Shown here piece by piece: positions 58,602-64,000 of a DNA stretch of 64,000 bases. Source of the stretch: an uncultured Armatimonadia bacterium (GTDB taxonomy: Bacteria; Armatimonadota; Zipacnadia; CAVVLO01); NCBI GenBank assembly GCA_963749155.1, contig CAVVLO010000005.1, positions 512,001-576,000 of the forward strand, in the 5' to 3' direction. A model generated the notes under the pieces. The model did no database searches. It was not told the origin of the DNA and saw only the letters and a program-made list of their open reading frames with translations. A program made the position numbers and the translations under genes. Within the stretch, counting starts at the first letter, position 1, and every line of letters starts with the position of its first letter.

Positions 58602-61600
58602 ATGAGAAAGGCCCTGATATTGATTTTGCTGCTGGCAAGTTCTCTGGTGTTTGCCGCTTTCGAGCCCGAAACAGGGGTGGTGACCAACGAGCGCTGGAAG
58701 TCCGGCGTGCCTCTTGGAGGCGTCGGTTGTGGCGAATTCGAGTTTTTCACCGATGGCCGGATGGGCACCTTCGCCATCAACCATAACTGGGATCACGCAA
58801 CAGGCCTCGAGAAGGGCGCCTTCTTCGGGCTTTGGACCAGAGGCCCGAAGGGCAGCGTAGCGCGCTCCTTGCGCCTTCAGGGCGGGCCAGAATATGAAGG
58901 CATCCAGGGCGTTGAGGGCACGCGCTTCCTGGGGCTTTTCCCTTATGCGACGCTGGACTGCCAGGACGAGGCGCTGCCTGTCGAAGCTAAAATCGAGGGT
59001 TTTGCCCCCCTTATCGCGCACGATGCGAAGAATTCCTCTCTGCCGGTTGCGACTTTCACTGTCAGCCTGAAGAACGTCACGGCTGCCCCTGTCGAGGCTG
59101 CCGTAGTCTTTGCGATGCCCAACTTGCTGGGCTTCGGCGGGATGCGCGATACCGAGTGGAAAGACTTCTCGACCAATTATCAACGCCCCTTGTACACGAC
59201 CACTATGGCCGGCCTGGTCTATGACACAGGCCTGGATTATGGGATGGATCGTAAGGCAAAACACTGTTGGCCAGTACGTGGTGGCCGTCGAGAAGAGCCC
59301 TGGCGCCGAGTATTCGCGCTGCCTGCTTTGGGATGCGGACACGGAGCAATGCGGCTTCTGGCAGCGTTTTTCCACTTTGGGAGAGCTGCCTGCGCGGGCC
59401 ACAGAGCGTAGCGCCGAGGTCACGAAGCCTGCCGGAGCGCTTTCGGCCAAATTTACCCTGGCTCCAGGTGAGAGTCGCGAGTTGCGGTTCGTCTTCGTCT
59501 GGTTTATGCCCCACCATATAACTGTCCACAAAGTGCTGAAGGGGGGAGGGCCTACCACAGAAGTGCCCGCCCCGGCCGCAATGGATGGGACAATCGCCAC
59601 TCGTTTTGATACAGGGCGTCCGATGGTCGCAGGTGATGCCCTGGAGGTGCGTCAGCCCGCAGAACAACCCCTTGCCCTCTTCGTACTGGACAACCGCTCT
59701 TCTACCGGCGACTGGCCCAAAGGCTACAAATTGTGGGCAAGGAGCGGGGGAGAGTGGCAACTGCTCGATCAGGCGACCCTGGAGCAGGTTGACGCCCGGC
59801 AGGTAAAGGGCAGGCTGGCGTTGCCCCTGCAGGATGTTGTCGCCGATGCAATCAAACTTGAGGCCCTTGGCGGCGACGATTTTCACTTCTTCTCGGCCGA
59901 TGAAGTCGAGCTATGGGCGCAGGGCGCCTCAGGCCCGGTCCAGCTCAAATTGCAGCCAGGCCAGGTTGTGGCGCACAAAGTGGGAGTCTCCGAGACCGCC
60001 GATATTGAGGATGTCGGCCACTATTATCTCAATTTCTTCGCTGACGCCACCGAGCTTGCCGAGTATGTGGTACCGCGTCTTGACAGCCTGAAGGAGGCGA
60101 CGCGCAGCACCTGGCACCAGCCGATACTCGATTCCAACCTGCCCTGGTGGCTGAAGCTGAAGCTGATAAACGTAGCTTACGTGATGTTCTCGGACACCAT
60201 CCTGACGAAGGATTTCCGCTTTGCAGTGCAGGAAAGTCCTCTCGATATGGGAGGCGCCCTGGGCACGATGGACCAGCGGATGGCCGCTCATGCGATGATG
60301 AGCCAGCTCTTTCCCGAGCTGGACGCGAGCGAGCTTGGCCTGTTTGCCCAGTGCCAGCGCGAAGATGGCCGCATCACTCACTTCTGCGGCAATCTCCACG
60401 ACGTGATTGGCGACCCGCGCGTCGGCTACGGCATTACCGACTGGCCGGATTTATCGTGTTCCTGGTTGATGCAGGTGGTGAAACTGTATCGCTGGACGGG
60501 CGATGAGGAGTTTTTCAGCAAGATGTGGCCCCATATCCAGCGCGCGATGGCCTGGCTGAAGGAAGCCGACAAAGACGGCGACCAGGTACCCGAGGGCGGC
60601 AGTACCTACGATTATGAGACGCTGCCGCGCGGCAATTTCATCTACAACGCAAGTTGTTATCTGGGCGCGCTCAAGCACGCTGTCTGGGCGGCCGACCACA
60701 TGGGAGATGCCGCGTTGGCGGCGACCTGGCGGGCTCAACTTGCCGCCACTCAGCAGGCGGTAATCCTCGACCTGTGGGATGAGGAACGCGGTTATTTCCA
60801 CAAGTGGCATGGGCCTGTGACCCCAGAGCGCGCAGCAGAGGAGCGCGTCGAGAATTGCTTCGTGGCGCAGCTTGCCGGCGACTGGCTGAGCCAGCTTACA
60901 GGCCTGGGCACGACCTTGCCTGAGCCGTATCCCACCCAGGCCATCGAGCAGGTCATTGGCAGGCATCAGAACAGCTTCTTCCCGATCCCGCCGATGGAAG
61001 TGCTGCCGGATGGCAAACTGTTCACAGCGGGCTGCTACGTGCTGCAACACGAGCCCTATCTCGGCTGTGAGGCTATCTACAAGGGCTTTGTGGACGATGG
61101 GCTGGAAACACTGAGGCGCGTCTACCTGGCCGCCTGGGAGGGCAACCGCAGCCCCTGGGACCAGTCGCTCTCCTACAACGCGCCCTCGGGCAGCCAGGGA
61201 GGGCTTATCCGCTATATGACCTGCCCGACCAGTTATCACGTGTTGCCGGCGCTGACAGGTTGCAGTCTCGACCTTGTCAGTGGCACGCTCTACTGCGCCC
61301 CGCGAGTGCCAAGTTATATGAAAACTCTTCACATACCCATCTTCCTGGGTGCTTTCAGCGGCTGGGTAGACTATGTACCAGGCAAGAGCCTCAAGCTCAC
61401 GGTGAAGGAAGTTTTCTCAGAGCGCCCCATAACTCTGCGTCAGGTGCGCATAAGTGACGATACCGAGGCTATCTCGCTGCCGGAAGGCTTCGTGGCGAAA
61501 CCGAGCGCAGTGCTGGACCTCTCCGCCTGGGTGAAGCAGCTAGAACTCGGTCCGAGCAAGAAAGTGGACTGGAACCTGCTGCCGCCTGCCGCTGCCCGTC

Positions 61601-62037
61601 AGGGCTATTCGTCGCGTGACTGGAAGGCCACCTGGGGCGACGTTACAGGCCCCTCCGGCCTGGCCTGGGGCACCGGAGATGCCTTCGATGGCGATGCGAA
61701 AACTCGCTGGACGACCAGCAGGCCGATGACTCCTGGCGACTGGCTGGTGCTGGACCTGGGGGAGAAGCTGCCTGTTGCAAGACTGGTGATGGATTCGAAG
61801 GCTTCACCTGGCGATTATGCCCGAGGTATCAGACTGGAGACCTCCGACAAGGGCAAAAACTGGACCAGAATACTCGAACTGGACGAAGCGACCTGCGCGA
61901 GCCTCCAAAAGGACGGGGTCTTCACGCTGGAACTGGAGAAGCCTGTAACGACGCGGTATATCAGGCTGACGACCCTTGGCGAGGCAGGCGGGCTGTTCTG
62001 GTCCATCCATGAACTCTATGTCGAGGGGCCGGGCTAG
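58602..62037 (+). CDS. GH116 family glycoside hydrolase with F5/8 type C domains, frameshift at ~59258
   Basis: SGVPLGGVGCG, GTMDQ, YRWTGD, STYD and CFVAQLAGDW motifs; frames join as DRK/QNTVG. Confidence 0.85.
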
Positions 62038-62741
62038 TCTGGCAGGTGCAGCGGCAGGTATTCCATCAGCCTGAAAAGCAGTGGCGCATAGAGCAGGGCT
62101 GGCAAATAGTTGGTGGGCTTGAGCTTCTTGATATCGAGCAGCTCGAGCCCTATCGCCAGCACCAGCACGCCTCCCGCAGCGGCCATCTCCAGCACCGCCG
62201 CCTCGCTGAAAGAAGCCGAAAGGAAATAGCCTGCCGCCGTCAGCCCTCCCTGCACAACGAGGATAGTGATAAGGGAGAAGGCCACTCCATAGCCAAGCGC
62301 GGCTGACAGCGCCATACTGCTGAACAAATCCAGGGTTGATTTCACCGCAAGTAGCGTAAAATCGCCTTCCAGACCATCTTGCAGCGAGCCGACAACGGTC
62401 AGCGGCCCCACGCAGAAGAGGATACTGGCCGCAACATAACCCTCCACAAAGTGCGTTGAATCGCTTTTTACCGCGCGCTTGAGCTTCTCGCCGATGACCT
62501 TCAGGCGGTCTTCGAGTCCCAGCGCAGTGCCCGTAATAGCGCCGAGCATAACCGAAAGCAGCAATACAATGAGGTTGCTGGTGCCAAGTGCCATCTGCAG
62601 GCCGATCACGCAGGTGACAAGCCCAAGGGCCGCTACGGTGACCTTTTTGATGCGGTCGGGCAGGCGAGAGCCAACCAGCAAGCCGACTGTGCAGCCTGCA
62701 GTGACAGTCGCCAGGTTTATCAGAGTGCCAAGCCCTACCAA
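62034..62741 (-). CDS. DUF554 family membrane protein
   Basis: GTLIN, LFCVGPLTVVGSLQDG, KSTLD and NYLPAL motifs. Confidence 0.92.
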   Translation of the reverse strand: MVGLGTLINLATVTAGCTVGLLVGSRLPDRIKKVTVAALGLVTCVIGLQMALGTSNLIVLLLSVMLGAITGTALGLEDRLKVIGEKLKRAVKSDSTHFVEGYVAASILFCVGPLTVVGSLQDGLEGDFTLLAVKSTLDLFSSMALSAALGYGVAFSLITILVVQGGLTAAGYFLSASFSEAAVLEMAAAGGVLVLAIGLELLDIKKLKPTNYLPALLYAPLLFRLMEYLPLHLPD

Positions 62742-62752
62742 GTGGGGGCCTC

Positions 62753-63796
62753 CTACTCGATATCAGCGAACTGGGAGCCTTTCTCCCTGAAGCGCGCTAG
62801 TACCTGCTCGGGAGAGGCCGTGCCTGTAGTGCCAAGTTGCTGGACTGTTAGGGAGGCGACCAGGTTGCCGATTGCCGCCGCCTCGGCCAGAGTCGCGCCC
62901 GCCGCCAGTGACAGCGCGGCGCCTGCCGCAAAGCTGTCTCCAGCGCCCACTATGTCGACCGGGCCTTCGACAGGAACCGAGGGCACCAGGCACTCGAGAT
63001 TGGGGGCTTTCGTAAATACACCTTTTTCGCCGAGAGTGAGCAACACTGCCTGACCACTCTGAGCCAGGAGCCTGGCCGAGAGGGCCGAAAGCGCCCTGGT
63101 ATCCTCGGGAGAAGGCTCTGCAACGCCAGCAGCCTGGCTGCCTTCAGTCAGATTCAGCTTGAGCGCGACGTTTGCAAAACGGTTGATACGCGTGCGCGAG
63201 TCAGCCAGCACGACGATATCGGGACGCCTGGCCGCAACGCCTGCAAGCCAATCACGCACTGGGCCTGTGACGGCGCCACAGTCTTCTTCCTGCACCTGAT
63301 CCATCACGACAATCGCGTGAACCTCGGGCAGCAGGGCCTCGAGACTTGCGATAACCTGCGCCTCCAGGTCAGCAGGCAACAGGATGCGGTTTTTGCGGTC
63401 GAAGCGATTCATCTCGACCTCGCTTCCATCGGTAAGCCGCATCGGTTTGGTGTAGGTGGGGGTGGCTCTAAGTGGACTTTCGTGCAGATGCGAAAGATTT
63501 GCGCCTCGCTCGGACAGCCCGCGCTTCAGTTCGTAGCCCTCGCCATCTTCACCGATGACTCCCACCGGCCAGAGAGTGCCGAGTCCCAGCGCCAGCAGGT
63601 TGTTCGCCACCGTGCCAGCCGCGCCTGGGCTTGTGCGCGCGCCAGTCACCTGAAAAACCTCCAGGCCTGTCTCAATTGAGACTTCTGCGAGCGCGGGATC
63701 GACCGTCCAGTACCGGTCCAGGAAGAAATCTCCGACCAGTGCCACGCGCAGATGGCCAAACTGGGCTAGTAATTCAGCGACTCGGGCTTCCCTCAT
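62753..63796 (-). CDS. PfkB family sugar kinase (RfaE/HldE domain I-like)
   Basis: GDFFLDRY, PGAAGTVANNL and DIVGAGDSF motifs. Confidence 0.88.
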   Translation of the reverse strand: MREARVAELLAQFGHLRVALVGDFFLDRYWTVDPALAEVSIETGLEVFQVTGARTSPGAAGTVANNLLALGLGTLWPVGVIGEDGEGYELKRGLSERGANLSHLHESPLRATPTYTKPMRLTDGSEVEMNRFDRKNRILLPADLEAQVIASLEALLPEVHAIVVMDQVQEEDCGAVTGPVRDWLAGVAARRPDIVVLADSRTRINRFANVALKLNLTEGSQAAGVAEPSPEDTRALSALSARLLAQSGQAVLLTLGEKGVFTKAPNLECLVPSVPVEGPVDIVGAGDSFAAGAALSLAAGATLAEAAAIGNLVASLTVQQLGTTGTASPEQVLARFREKGSQFADIE

Positions 63797-64000
63797 ACGC
63801 CTTCAACCAGCAGTTTGTGCAGCCAGGGCAGGCTGTCGCGGTGATCCGCCTGGACATAATAGCTGTGGCCCCCTTCGGCCACCGTGCGCACCAGGACGGA
63901 CTTCCAAAAACGATAATAATAACCAGGCTCGCTCTTGGGAGGGGTCTCGTGGTAGTTGACAGGCAGTGGTTTCAGGTCAAAGACCGCAGTCGTGAAGTCG
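63793..64000 (-). CDS. C-terminal end of a hypothetical protein (5' part outside the window)
   Basis: Open frame DFTTAVFDL...LHKLLVEGV*; its stop overlaps the kinase ATG (ATGA). Confidence 0.75.
   Translation of the reverse strand, partial: DFTTAVFDLKPLPVNYHETPPKSEPGYYYRFWKSVLVRTVAEGGHSYYVQADHRDSLPWLHKLLVEGV

Noticed and set aside
62753..63796. Full bifunctional hldE and an LPS heptose pathway
   Set aside because: Only the kinase domain is present, with no adenylyltransferase domain or gmh genes in the window.

Overview
High-GC bacterial window, probably from an anaerobic, CAZyme-rich Armatimonadota-like organism. This is an inference from DUF6785 and DUF1559-type prepilin genes, a two-gene SufC/SufB (SmsCB) pair, COG1149 ATPases and DUF362. 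Most of the window is metabolic: secreted glycoside hydrolases, an ABC exporter, UDP-glucuronate decarboxylase, xylose isomerase, NAD synthetase and Fe-S assembly. The accessory part is a ~9.9-kb block (11971-21822) between convergent genes. It holds small membrane genes separated by REP-like hairpins, a cellulase-like gene and an array of truncated Rhs modules. The Rhs modules carry Cys-rich, transmembrane-containing tips, followed by TolB-like beta-propeller lipoproteins or a small membrane protein. The array's two ends are almost exactly adjacent in the Rhs core sequence (a 5-nt gap, i.e. circular permutation), and the first module has its own TATAAT box, RBS and start codon. Other notable items are a full-length NadE paralog lacking both sets of catalytic motifs next to nadE, a stand-alone TerY-C Cys-rich protein in the smsCB operon, and a recurring sigma-H-like promoter motif. 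Many single-base frameshifts look like long-read or consensus errors. No rRNA, tRNA, CRISPR array, integrase or transposase was seen.
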